Shown here: in pieces, positions 40,885-54,412 of the stretch | Numbering within the stretch: the first letter of the stretch is position 1 | Layout of the letters: every line of letters begins with the position of its first letter | Assembly (NCBI GenBank): GCA_025786725.1 | Contig: JAHLTZ010000011.1 | Span: 124,001 to 188,000 of the forward strand | DNA from: Syncephalis fuscata S228 | Taxonomy: Eukaryota; Fungi; Zoopagomycota | Direction: 5' to 3' | DNA: 64,000 nt | Notes under the pieces: generated by a model | The model's database searches: none | The model's input: only the letters and a program-made list of their open reading frames with translations | What the model was told of the DNA's origin: nothing | Program-made: the position numbers and the translations under genes

Positions 40885-41345
40885 ATGAACATCTACGCTA
40901 CAAGTATTGTTTTAGTCTTATTTGTTATTGCATCAAGCCAGGTGCAGTGTGAATCACTTCTACCTATTAACAAGCATGATTTAGATGGAATGGAATCGCC
41001 TGAGCCAACGCAGTTTCGTGTAAGTAGTCTGTACCTTTAAATTGTATATAATATTAATTAGACTATTTATGTTTGATGAAAAAGTTAAATAGAATGGCAC
41101 GCCGCCACAATGGCATAGACCATAGTGCAGAGAAAAAAGCTCAATTGCCTTTGGCTAAATCCGCCACACTGGTAATGATGACACAGAGCAAGCCAAAAGA
41201 CCAGCAAAATGCTACACCTACGGCAATGGCTATGGGAAAACAGATAGATTCAAAACGACCAATGGAATGGCCACCAACGCTTATTTTGGTCAAACCCACG
41301 CCCACATTTGGAGCAAACAATAATAATCATGGACTAATTTACTAG
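40885..41345 (+). CDS. Small secreted hypothetical protein, one intron (~41019-41092)
   Basis: Signal-like N-terminus MNIYATSIVLVLFVIASSQVQC, a gtaagt donor, and a low-complexity P/T/M/K second exon. Confidence 0.55.
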
Positions 41346-41925
41346 AATAATAGCAACAATAATATGGGCAATCATTCTTAAGCTCAAACAGCTATATCAA
41401 AATTAATAATAAAAACAGTTTAAAATTTTATAAGTTTATTAATTTAAAAGTAGTTAACTATTTTATTGAAATACTTGGCATTTTTTAATAGAATATGAAT
41501 CCAAGTATAATCTTTTTAGATAACAGCTATAAGAACATAATTTTTTTAATAAAAGCTGGTGTTTTGAAATAAAACAAAGTTTTAATGCCCTGAGCTTTAC
41601 TGTATAAGCTAAATATAAAACATAGTTTCCAAAAGCGAGCCAGCTACTATGTTTGAATAAACCAAATTAAAAATACGCTTTTAGCCATTGCCAACCTTAG
41701 AGAGTTTCAATTGTTTTGAATTTAAACTACGAACACCAATTTTATTGCTTTAAATATTCTGCATGAATCGTCGCATCCCGCTATAACACCATATCCCCTT
41801 TACTACCACATCTTTCGATTCTTCTTCATACATAACAGAAAGCTACGATTTTCTTATTTACATTTTTTGATTTACATCGTTTATTATAAGTAAAACTCTT
41901 TAGTATATTTTTACTGGTTAAAAAT

Positions 41926-43240
41926 ATGCTACCATCGTTTACCGAAAAAGCTGCGCTTTGCTGCATTGTTTTAATGCAATTTTTCACCAACTATATAACA
42001 GCCACCCCAGTTAACTATGTGCCAATGAATGGTATGTCAACGATATATAATACTGTAAAACTTACGTTTCTTTTAGAAAATAGTCCACAAAGTCGCTTTA
42101 TTAATTTTGACGTTGATAAGACTCTTGGAAGACCCAATCTTATAGTAGACGAAACCATTGGATATGGAGAAGAAGCAATATTTGGTCTTGGTACTTTCAA
42201 GGACATAAGAACTGGTGTTAAAACAACAGTGGTTGTAAAGTGTTCAGAATCATCCTCCATAACTTCAAGAGAAATTAAAATGCACAACGTAAGTAATAAT
42301 AGCAATACATTACTCAATAGCTAATTACACTTATCTGCTAGCTTATCGAAAATAGAAAGATAAAATATCAAGGAAGAAAAGCGCCTGGTGCGGATAATAT
42401 TGTAAACTACCTTGATGTATTTAAAATTCAATATGGCTGGTGCTTTGTGACCGAGTATGCTGGTTATGTGAGTCTTTATGACTACGCACAATTACTTACA
42501 CCGGAGGAGAAGGTGGCACGGTTACCGGGAGTATTCAGCCAAATCAATGAAGCCATGGGATTCTATCATCTTGCCGGTATGACCCACAATGACATAACTC
42601 CAGAAAGTAAGTATATGTAATAGTATTTTATTATTATTTTAACAACGTATATCATAGATATTATTTTAGAACACTGAAAGAGGGAACTGGAACAAGCGAA
42701 AACTCCAAAATAAAACAGCCGACACCATCAAACAAAGAAATGAGAGCAGCAGAAGAAGCTGAAGAAAGAGCCGGACTTAAAGTGGCAAAAGAAGTTAGAG
42801 TGACACTCATTGATGTTGATTTGGGTCGAGCGTTGACCCTAAAGAAAGGTTTCGTTAAAAAGAAGAAGCCATTGAACTATTCGGTTTTTATGCCACCGGA
42901 AGCCTTTTTGAAACGAAGCATAGATCTTTTAGCATTAGACAAGTGGCAACTTGGAGCATGTCTTTATACTGCTATCACAGGCATGTACCCATTTGAATTT
43001 ATTACCAATAGCAGTGAAGTGACCAGTGTGACTGACGATAAGAAACGACAAGATCTTATTAAATCAAAATTAACGGATCAAATGAAGAAAATGGCTGCTA
43101 CAAAAATAGTAAGCATTGGACCAATGCCAATTACATCATCGTATGGAACATTTTACAAGCCACTACTTACTGAAATGGATGTATTGCTGTCGTTTGATCC
43201 TAATCAACGGTACAAAGCTTCTTCTTTTTCAAGCAAGTAA
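41926..43240 (+). CDS. Signal-peptide-bearing protein kinase (candidate secreted effector); 2 introns and a 1-nt frameshift at ~42665
   Basis: Signal 'MLPSFTEKAALCCIVLMQFFTNYITA'. Kinase motifs IGYGEEA, VVVK, REI, VTEYAG, HNDITPEN, LIDVDLG, MPPE, DKWQLGA and DPNQR. Confidence 0.82.
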
Positions 43241-43507
43241 TACTTGATTATATTATATTTTAATGATTTATATTATATCAGTATTTACAAGTAATAATCG
43301 TAATCGTATTAAATAAAATTCATTATAATAGGATTTATATTAGCAAAGATTGTAATGGATAATAATCATAAAGAAATTTATAAATATATTAACAATAAAT
43401 TGTTGATTTAATTATAAGTTTAAATTAACAATTTAAAAACAGCAAACTTTTTATTTTTTCTTTTTTTCCACTCAACATTCAGTCACACTATTGAACTTTC
43501 TGCTATA

Positions 43508-46485
43508 ATGCGTATGGATGTATTTGATTTAGGTGCTGAGTCGCCGACAGAGGACGATCCTACCGCGTCCAATCTAACGATTGAAGATGATGAAGAGATT
43601 GATAGTGATGACGCTTGGGATGAAGAAGACGAGGCAAAATTTGGACAGTATAAGTTTACAAACCGTACCAAGCAATCCAAATCAGCTAATTTATCGGGAG
43701 ACGACGACGAAGACGAAGAGAATGAAGAATATGGCGAATATATGGATTTGTCGGAAATGCTTGGTAGTGGCTCAGCTACAACAAAAGACGTGTCCGCGTC
43801 AAGTGATGAAGAGTTATCAAGTGATACTGAAGACGAAAATGAACACGATGCAGAGAAGCTTGTTTTTTTGTCAATAATTTAGATCGTAGCGGAAAGACAA
43901 AGCGTGCACCACAGATAAAAGAACGCACTGAAGTGTATACAGAATCTGAATACAATCTTACACTACGAGATTCATCAGCCACAGGCAAACTCTCACTAAA
44001 CGATCTATACGGTGCATTAGAAGATCAGTCGGGATTAGCATCGTTAAAAAAATCGCTTAAAGCCATAAAAAAAACCGAGCCTATTGCATCTACTTCTACC
44101 AGCAATACTGTTGGTACGCCTTTGGCCGCACCACTTGCCAAGCGTATTCAACAGCGCTTTGATCGCCAAGTGGCCTATGAGGAAACAACAGAACAAATAA
44201 GCCAATGGGAACCAGCAGTGAAACAGAACCGCGAGGCCGACCATGTATCGTTTGTAGATCGAACCGTATCCAACTACAAGCCAACCAGCGAGGCTATGGC
44301 TGCACAGTTGAAACCCACAACAGATTTAGAGAAGCAGATTCACGAAGCACTTATCAAAGGCGGTTTACGAGAAAATGAGATAAAAGAACAAGAAGAACTG
44401 GCTTTGAATCAATTATCTATTGAAGAGGTAGCTATTACTATAATGAAGCGATACTATTTATTGATAACAATTGATTTATTACTAGGTTAAAGCACGTCGT
44501 GATGAACTTCGTGTACTTCGTGAACTCATGTTTCGCGAGGAACGTAAAGCTAAACGAGTTAAAAAGATTAAAAGTAAAGCATATCGTCGATTGCGCAAGA
44601 AAGAACTTGAACGTCAGAAACAAAATGAATCAATTAATAATCCTGAAGATGCCGATGAATTGCTTAAACAAGCAGAAATTGCCCGTGCTAGAGTAAGTTA
44701 CAAATAGTATTAATAGCCAATAGTTAATGGTCTATTAGGAACGTATGACACTACGCCATAAAAATACCGGAAAATGGGCCAAAGAAATGATGCGCCATGG
44801 AGGTCAGAATGCCGAGGTAAATAGAACAACATACTATTAAGTAATAATATATTAATAGATGATATCAATTGTAATATAGACACGTCAAGCAATAATGGAA
44901 CAATTGGATCGACATGCACTATTGAAACAGAAAATAGCCGGAACAATAGAGAATTCCGACTCTGATGTGGATGAACAATATTCCGATACAGATTCCGATC
45001 TATCTGACGGTGCAGTGATGGAACGAGAGAAGCGTAGAGCATTGGATTCATTATCTAAACTGGCCACCAATGATAGTCAACCGGATACAGATCAAGTATC
45101 AAAGAAAGGCGTATTTGCCATGAAGTTTATGCAAGATGCTATGAAACGACAAGCAGAGGAGACACGTCGATTAGCTGAAGATGCTCGTCTTGATCTTGAA
45201 CGTATGGATGAAAGTGATACCAATAACGATGAAGATAATAATAATAATAATCTACAACATGGTAAAATGGTGCAAGGCAATCCAGGTCGTCGTATTTTCG
45301 ATCAAACCGATGTAAATAGATAGTTATTGATCATTAAATATTATTATTAATACTAACATTAATGTTAATGTAGCAATTAGATCAAGAGACTGAAAAGACT
45401 GAGCATATACTACAGCAGCTATCTGTTAATAAGGTAGGTCAATGTTATGGTTATACTGACTAATTATTCACTCATTACTATTACTGTAGAAGGGCACTTC
45501 AGTTCGGTTATCAGCTGCGGTAGAAGTGAATACAAAGACTAAATCAAAACATACTAGTAAACGTGTAACTGAAGCAATTACCAATAAATCTGTAACAGAA
45601 ACAGATAATCCATGGCTTGATAGTTCAACGGCCAGTAAGCAGACGGGTAAAGCACGAGCAGTTATTACCAAAGCCGATAAAGCCAGTGATAAATTGAAGC
45701 GTGTTAAACAACATACGTCAACCGCTGATGCCAAGAGTCAACTGGATGCCAACATCGATGTAGATATCACGTTGGAGAGTACATCTTTATTGGTATCAAC
45801 ATCAAAACAGCAGCCAATAGATATTGATAAATTATCAGATGAAAGTGATACTGAAATACAAAGCACAGTCAATCCCAATGCATTAAAACAACGTGAATTG
45901 GTAGAACGAGCATTTGCTAATGATCATGTGGTTATGGAGGTAATTAGTATATAAATAATAACATAAATAATAGATATTAATAATAGATATTAATAGGAAT
46001 TCTATAAAGAAAAAGAAGCTGAAATGAGTGAAGAAGAAGGACGAACGAAGGATGATACTGATACCATGCCAGGTTGGGTAAGTAATTTATTTATTTATTT
46101 GTATTTGTATTAATACCATCATTTATAGGGTCAATGGGGTGGTTCTGGTACTAATACTACTAAACGGAAACCAAAACAACCATCATCATCATCATCATCA
46201 TCGTCTAATTATAAAAAGGCCCGATCAACGATTATTCGTGGTGTAGAAAAGGATAAACGCCGTGATGCGAAATTAAAAGAAGTCATTATTAGTGAAAAGG
46301 TGATTAAAAAGACGAAGAAATACGCAGTGGATGCCGTACCCTTTCCGTATAAAGATCGTGCACAATATGAACGATCATTACAACAACCATTGGGACCAGA
46401 ATGGAATACAGATAAAGTATTTAAGAAAACTATACAGCCTAGATTGGAGAGTAGAAATGGCATGGTTATTGATGCATTGGAATAA
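43508..46485 (+). CDS. UTP14: U3 snoRNP-associated protein Utp14 (SSU processome)
   Basis: 'PLAKRIQQRFDRQVAYE', 'AKRVKKIKSKAYRR', 'ERMTLRHKNTGKWAK', 'MPGWGQWGG' and 'VPFPYKDRAQYERSLQQPLGPEWNT'. T-run frameshift near 43865. Confidence 0.93.
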
Positions 46486-46576
46486 ACTAAAAGTATTATT
46501 ATAGTATTATTATAAATATGATTGGTGTTGTTAATGTTTTGGTTTATTTATTTATACATCAGAGTACATTTAATGG

Positions 46577-48297
46577 TTACAGGTTTGAATTAATAATGTT
46601 GGTAATCATCTTGCTTTGTCGAATACGCTCTAATAATGAGAGTGTTTCAAGTAACGGTTGACATTGTTCTAAATGACTCTGTTCTTGATCTATTAAATGG
46701 TGTAGATCGTGTAATGATGATGCCAATCCTTGTTCCTATATTATATCATTTGTAATTAATATATATATGTGTGTGTGTTACTTACCTCAATTGATAAGGA
46801 TCGTTGAGGGGATGTAGCAATAGTTTGTAGTATATTAGGTAATGTATCTATTTCATGTTAACAATTGCTATTATTATAATATTATTTATATTTACATACC
46901 TATATTATCTACTCGAATGTTTTTTACGGGTAACTGTTTCATTATTTCAGTTAAAGCGTTAATTGAACTATCAAATGGTTCGCGTATTCTATCCAATTGT
47001 TTCTCGATTATATCCAATATTTTGGACTGATTATTAATAACAATTAGTAACACGGTAATGTACAACTATTACATATAATTGTTACCTGATGCGGTATTTG
47101 TTGATGTATATCCCGTGCTTGGTACAACGTTTGAATCTGATTTTCTAATTGACGTGTTTGTCGTCGTTTAATAATAAGAGCTTGCCGAGCATCATCTAAT
47201 TGATTCTATAATTTGCAATTAGTTAGCTAGTTATTTATAATTATTATATAATATAAATAATTAACTTACTTGGGCTAGAGTCTTTTGTTCTTTCCATGCT
47301 ATAGCCGATTTTGCTTTTAAATACTGCCATTGAACATAGCGGGCCCGTATTAAGAGTGGATCAACCATAATGGGTGTCAATTCATTTAACTAATAAACCA
47401 TTAGTAAATAGTAATTAATAACAATTGATTAATTAATACATACTGTCACTTTGTTAATAGGTTGAGTGGTGTTAATGATAGTATTGGTAGTTGATATCTA
47501 TTATCAAATGGTTTAATAAATATAAATATACAGCTATTTAATTTTATTTACCTTATCATTATTAATTAATTGATTACTATTACTAGGAGTGCTGATGGTA
47601 GATGGCTGTGATTGAGCTATTTTCTTTTTAGGTGGTTCTAATACTGGTTCAGGAGATTGAAGTGCTGGTCGTTTACGTGGATTTAAATGATCTACTATTA
47701 TAGCCATTATTAAAATATGCTACTTTATAATATGTTGTATTAATGTTACCTTGAGTACTTGGTGCAACACGAGTAGATGGTGTTTTACGAATCATTTTAG
47801 ATGGAGTAGATGGAGTATTACCTGATAATGGACGCTTTTTTACTCTCGACTGTATACGGGCCGATCTTCGTCTCTGATCATGATGAGGCGTTTTAACATC
47901 TTCTTTACTATTTTCTTGTTTGTTGGTAGATAGATTTGGTGGGGGATTTGATTGTATTGGTAGTGTTTCTGATACAGTTGATGTAGGTTGTGCTATTACT
48001 GGTTCTTGATATTTAGTTAGTATTATAAAGCAATTGCTATTAAATATACTGTAACTTACTTGGTTTTGACAATTGATTGGTTGTTCGTGGTTTAGTTATC
48101 GCTTTACTACTATTTGTTGGTTTTGTTATTGGTTTTGATGTTTGTCGTCGAAATACTGGTACTGCCGTGCTGTTGGTAGATGATGGGTGTACCATTCTAC
48201 GCGGTTCTGTTATAGAACGTGTCTTTGTCGGTTTACTTAATGTAGTTGCTGCTGATACTTTATCAACCACATTAAGTGGTTTTGCCTTGTCCTTCAT
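46577..48297 (-). CDS. HAUS8/AUG8 (QWRF-like) augmin subunit-like protein, multi-exon
   Basis: Basic Ser/Thr/Pro-rich disordered N-terminus, then 'LLIRARYVQWQYLKAKS' (QWRF-type motif) and a coiled-coil C-terminus. Confidence 0.5.
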
Positions 48298-48383
48298 AGT
48301 GGCAAAATACAAGTGTACAAACTGACGAAATAAGAGAAAGAAGATATTGCGTGTTTTTTGTTTACTTTTTTCTTTTTGTCGCT
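48298..48383. promoter_or_regulatory. Very short bidirectional intergenic region between divergent genes
   Basis: Only 86 bp separate the ATGs at 48297 (-) and 48384 (+). Confidence 0.5.
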
Positions 48384-49233
48384 ATGTTTTCCTTGGCTGT
48401 TATTAAAGATCGCGTTCGTATTCCACCCAATAACTTTCGTCAAACAACTGATCGGGCCTTGTCCGAACAGATCAATACAAAATATGCCAACCGAGTAAGT
48501 TGAAGCTGTTTTACTAGAATGGCGTATTTATAATCAACAGGTAATTCCAAAAGTTGGATTATGTATTTGTCTGTTCGACATTATAGAGCGAAGTGAAGGC
48601 TACATTTACCATAGTGATGGCTGTAGTTACATTAATGGTATAGTAAAGTACAGATATTATTGGATCAAGTACTAACTATTTGTTTATAGTGACCGTTAGA
48701 CTAGTGATATTTAGACCTTTTGAAGGTGAAGTATTAGTGGGACGTATCCGTAGCTGTAGTCCACTTGGTGTTCATGGTAAGCTATGACATTCATTGGTAC
48801 AAAAGAGCCTATATTTATTCAACAATGGCAGTGACATTGGGATTCTTTGATGATATTCTAATTCCACCAGAATTATTACAAGAAGGCACGGAGTTGTAAG
48901 TGACACTTTAATCTATAGCACAACACAGCCTTTTAACGAGTAATTAATAGCGATGTTAATGAACAGCTTTGGGTATGGCGATGGGAAGGCAATGAGATGT
49001 ATATGGATCTAGATGAAGAGATCCGTTTTCGTGTGGTCGCTGAATCCTTTACCGATACAAATCCTACATCTGCACAACGACGCTATAGACCACCAATTGC
49101 TCCATCGGCCGTGCCTAATATAGACGAGGGAGGTATTGATGCCCAAACTAACTCCTCAAAGATTCCTCCTTACTCTGTCACTGCTATGATTCAAGGTAGT
49201 GGGCTGGGTCTTCAGTCATGGTGGCAAAGCTAG
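48384..49233 (+). CDS. RPC25: RNA polymerase III subunit C25 (RPC8), 4 introns
   Basis: 'MFSLAVIKDRVRIPP...INTKYANRVIPKVGLCICLFDI...RLVIFRPFEGEVLVGRI...LGFFDDILIP...EQLWVW...GSGLGLQSWW'. Confidence 0.95.
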
Positions 49234-50445
49234 AAATAGCGTCTATCAATATCTTATGTTATTTTGCTATTCATTAATAAATAAATTTAAATACACTGTC
49301 TTTTGTCAATCTTGAGCTATATCAACTGCATTTAAATTGTGTTTATAAAATTTGTCATTATTATTTAAATCACGGCTAGTCCATTGATATAATTGATTGC
49401 GTACGTTGTCTGTTTTATAGGTCAAACTTTTATACACAATTAATCGTGCTATAAAAGTGTTTATTATACTGAATGTACACATGCTTAATATTAATTAAAT
49501 CTATTTTATTGATATTGTTTATCAAGTCATTGTATAATTAAATTAGTATGATTGTAACACAACATGACAGTGTAATAAACTTGCAATGGGCTTTGTTGAA
49601 TTCCAACATTATTAGTATATGATTGCTCATGCAAACTGATGCTACAAGTGGTATGGTCAGTAGCTCAAATATGTTTGACGGAGTATCTAGGTTGCTAGCA
49701 GTTAGTTTGTCGAGTAATTCAATTATTTTTAGGTTGCCAGTTAGTAAAGCTAGGGGTTAATAAAATAATTATAGGCGTTTTAGCTGTGTTTAATTTTTTG
49801 GTAACTGTCAAATCATAAAACTTTTTACAATATTTTAAAATAGTTTGATAAATGTAATCTGTAACAATATTTACTGTATCAAAACAAAAGCATATCAATA
49901 ACTACATTTGTTATATAATTAAAATTTTGTGATTGAATTTTATAAAAGTATTGAATCGATAAAATAGTGACTACATAGCATGCAAAAATTGACTGTAGTA
50001 TTCCATGTCCAAACCGATGAAATAAAAAAAGCAGCTCAGTTGCCGATTATTCTCCAATTATTTTTTTGAATATTTGAAATTCTTGCTACTATATTTGTAC
50101 CAATCCATCAATATGGCATGTCATCTACTAATTTGAGTAAGAGGCGGTATTCAAATTTAAAACAATACATCCAATATAGCATGCACAATTATCAGTTTCC
50201 ATTTTGAGTTGTCGCTCAGTTAAGATGTTTTACTTTCATGCTGGCTACATTGAAATAAATATGTTTTCTGCTTAAACAACATAGCCGCATTGATTTCTAT
50301 GTGCTGTATTTTGCTATAAATAATCGAACATCTTGCCACTTTTATGTCTTTATCGCACACACAATCCATTTACGCCTGCTCATCTTATTGTTGCAACTAC
50401 AATATTTTACGACATTACAAAATATAGACATTAGACAAGAACTCA

Positions 50446-51634
50446 ATGATGCTATCTGGAGCCAAGTCTATTTTACCACTGCTGGTGCTGCTATCAGTTG
50501 GCCAAAGTGTTTTAGCATCACCAAATTTATTAAGTAAAAAGAAAGGTAAAGCATGATGTATTGGCTTTCAACAAAATACTAAGCATGTTATAGAAGTGGA
50601 TCCTACTTTGGTTATGAATTAGGTCAACCTGGTGCATTTAACATCGGTAGCCTTACTATTAATCAAAATTCATTGTTAAAAGAAGGCGCATACATTATGT
50701 TGGCAAAATATGCTGTAAAGAAGGATGCTGAAGCTAATGCTAAAGTGATATGCGGAAATAGTAATACCAAGCATAATTCATTTATAGCATATCAAGTATG
50801 TATATTCATTATTATTGTAAACCATCAATATATTAACATCACTGATAGTACCTATATCATGGAGACTACAATGCATATGAACCAGATGCTCCGTTTAACC
50901 CAGTTTATTCTGTTATCAAGAAATTTGTTCCTAAAACTAATTTTGTTTGTTACCTGGTTGTGGAACGAGGCTGTGGCACGAGTGCTGATGATGTTGTTAG
51001 ATATTCAAATATCAAGCAAAGCGAAAAACTAAAAATATATACACAAACTCTAAATCGTAAGTACATAATTATTATAGTAATTGTTCGCTGATAATCAATT
51101 GAATAGTCTTAAAAAACTAAAAGACGTAGGATTGTATATCATGGTTCTGTTGAGAAGAGTAAGTTAAATATTTAATTGCCTATATTTGTAAATATGCTTA
51201 TATGGTTGTCAGGTATATGCGTTACAAATAGCCGCGCAGTAATTGGAATCATTAACTATCTGCGTCCTTTCAAAAGCCACCCTTCTTATCCTAGTCAAGG
51301 GCTAAACGATAATGCAATTACAGAAGTAAACGATAGAGTATTACTTAATTTAGTAGACTTTTATAAAAAAATCGAGCCTGGCTTGGAGTTTGAGGATGCA
51401 TCAGAAATTGTTAGAAATGACTACGAGCGATTTGCACTACCAACAATTAATCCACCTTCTTATCAACATCCACCACAATACAGGCGTCCTTCTATTGATT
51501 CTATATCTGGCAATACACCTTCTTCTTCGCAACGTCGACCACCATATAGAGGCTTTTCTACTGATTCTATGTCTAACAATCAAGATCTTCCACCAGAATA
51601 TACCCCAACTGAAAACAATGGTTCTTTTAATTAA
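50446..51634 (+). CDS. Secreted, highly divergent kinase-fold (pseudokinase-like) protein with P/S-rich tail
   Basis: Signal 'MMLSGAKSILPLLVLLSVGQSVLA'. Degenerate kinase-like elements 'AKVIC', 'CYLVVERGCG', 'YHGSVEKS' and 'IGIINY'. Intron layout is similar to the 41926 kinase, and the catalytic Asp motifs are absent. Confidence 0.5.
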
Positions 51635-52183
51635 ATGGTGTATAATTAAATATGCCATAGTTGTATGCGTTTATTTTACTTTACTTTTCATTGCTATATA
51701 AACACCAATAGCATTATTGAGCTAATAAACTACAATATACTCTTGTTGCACAACGATATAATTGTTATTAAAAAAGCATTTAGTGTAAATTGTGCATTTG
51801 CTTAAATATTCTTTTGGTTTATTTATATTTATATTAAGGTGTAGTTGTAAATCAGTTAAAATGGTATAAAAAATGAATATTAAGAATATTGTGGTCTAAA
51901 TCAATTCCGTTCGAATTAACTCAATTAATATTATACATATCGGCAAATAGTTTATCTCAATAGTTAATTATCTAATTTAATTCTCCAGGGCAGTAAATCT
52001 TTTTACCATCAATTGTAATGATTTGAGTAATTAATGTTGAAATCATTATTACAATAAACATTAAGTAATATTATTATTATATTTCATAAAACGATATAAT
52101 TATAACAGAAATTGTGTCAGTAATAATATTAAACATTTAAATAAATAATGTAACATACTATTTGATTTCTTTGGAACATTTGA

Positions 52184-52778
52184 CCAATTATTATTGTTGT
52201 TAGTCATGTGTACAAAAATTGATCGAATATTAAAAAAGTCATTGGTCATGATTCCATGTCATTCCATATTAATTGTTGTTGCATCCATGTACAATATGGA
52301 TATTGCATTTAATGATCTCTTTTATTTTTCGACCTTTTACTGTTGTGTTTTGAGCATATTTGCAATGTAAGATACTTATCTATGGTGACAAGAAGGTAGA
52401 AAGACTAGCATTTCTGATGTTCACTATTGTTTTGAGCATTTTGGTATCAACTTATAGGCGCAATTATTTGCCAACCATTAATGAAGCAAATGACCTTCAC
52501 CATATGCAATAATGATAGGTTGAGTGTCTTCACCAGGAAGATCTTGTGGCGAAACTGTAACCAGAATATACGGCATGCCGTTGAGATTACTTGAACAGGT
52601 GTTTATGTAAAATAAGAGAATAAAGACTAGGGATTAAATATGTTTTTATTGCTGTTCAAATACGCATGCTATTTATATTGTTATATTTGGCATTATCAGA
52701 TAATATATTATTGAATAAAAAATAAAATGGCAATAGGAAAAGAAAGTGAAATAAATAAATAAAAAATATAGGAGTCAA
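52184..52778 (+). repeat. ~590-bp direct repeat, copy A
   Basis: From 'ccaattattattgttgttagtcatgtgtacaaaaattgatcg' through 'aaataaaatggcaataggaaa', near-identical to 57855-58458. Confidence 0.92.
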
Positions 52779-54046
52779 GGTAAAAATGACATGACCATAT
52801 AAATATTATGCGCTCAATCCAATGTTTTGTTTTATTTTAATATGTAGCTATACAGCTTTTATTAATGAGCAATAAATAAAATTAATGTGTCTTTCTATTG
52901 TTGCAATAATGTATAATATTAGCTGTTTACTCTAATAAATAATTAGATTAAGCCTTATAATAGTTGGCTTAGTTGGTGGTCGTGTAAATGTGTGTATATA
53001 AATGGTTACAATGTGATTGTAAATATTTATCCGCACAAACAACCAGAATTATAATTATAGCGACAATAATAAGCTATTTAACTACTAAACGCATTTATTT
53101 AATTTCATTTACATTTCTCTGTTTTCTGTGTATTATCTTGGTTTAACGTTGTTGCTGTTCTAATCGCATCCGCAACGACAACTTTTGATAAATGTAGTTC
53201 AGCTTAGCATAGCTATAATGATTTGCCATAGGTTAAACCAGTAAGCCTTTGAGATGTCAATTGTTTTTTCATTGGTTTCTGCTTTGGCTTGTTCTCCTAT
53301 ATTCTATCTTACTTGCCTTGTCAGAAATGGTTTCAGAAATGTAAGCAGCACTTAGGCCTTAGATGTTTACCAATTGATATGCAACCCATTGCTATTATGC
53401 ATTTGAATTGCTGATATTTGATTAGAATGTCTATTGTGTTTAACTAGTGTCTGCATATTGTATTGCGCGTAGTTTAGCCAATGCAATCTAGTTTACAGCT
53501 GAAAACTGATGACGAAAATGACATGTTGGAATGTTCTATTGCTCAAAATGCTGTGATGCATCATCCTACAAATAGTACTCATTGTATAATCAATTTCAGG
53601 TGATTTGGATTAACCGCCATTTGAATGATGGTAGTTGTACAACATGTGGCACAATATCCTGGGTGGTATAATGCATTTGTGAATTCAAAACAATGATTAC
53701 CCATAGCAATGGGCATAGTGTCGAATGAAATGCACGCATGTACCAATCAATATACTTTATAATCTAACATTACGACTGACCTATGTATAGCAATAAAAAC
53801 TTGTATAAAATACCAGTTTGATACATTAACTTGTTTTGCATCAGTGCTGAGTGCTATTCTGTATGCAACAGATATTGAGGACCGAATCGGTAGAAATGGC
53901 AGCAAATACATCGTTATCGTTTTACAAAGCCAAACAATATACTTGTTTTTACTAAATAGTTAGACTGTGAAACAAAAACACAGACGGAATATCTCTATTG
54001 TATATGCACTGCTCATTGGGATTGCTGCGTCATTTGTGTAAATGCC

Positions 54047-54130
54047 GAGAAGATTGAAGTAAAACCAGGCAGGTTGAAATCAAGGCCGAACAGGTTGAAA
54101 TCAAGACTGGGCAGGTTGAAATCAAAGCTA
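54047..54130 (+). repeat. 21-bp tandem repeat (core caggttgaaatcaag), 3-4 copies
   Basis: 'caggttgaaatcaaggccgaa caggttgaaatcaagactggg caggttgaaatcaaagct'. Confidence 0.8.
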
Positions 54131-54269
54131 AGAAGCATACTATACACCCAATCTATTAATATACACATACACCTTAAACCATTTTTGGGTTTACTTTATT
54201 GGTTCATATTGTATATCAATGGTATACCTCGTGTGCTACAGTATACTAGTATCTCAACATAGCTGTAAG

Positions 54270-54277
54270 TATAAATA
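54270..54277 (+). promoter_or_regulatory. TATA box of the micro-exon peptide gene
   Basis: TATAAATA ~140 bp upstream of ATG 54413, followed by a pyrimidine-rich leader. Confidence 0.5.
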
Positions 54278-54412
54278 GCTTGCAAAATATACACAACCAA
54301 CTGCAATATCATCATTACACTCTACTTCTTGCTATACACACTCTACTCTCCACTATACCAACCACACTCTACTATCTCTTTTATTTGTTTGTATTAACAA
54401 ATTAGTATCACC

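Noticed and set aside
52520-52580. Short minus-strand ORF (MPYILVTVSPQDLPGEDTQP...) inside direct repeat copy A
   Set aside because: The frame is not conserved in copy B.
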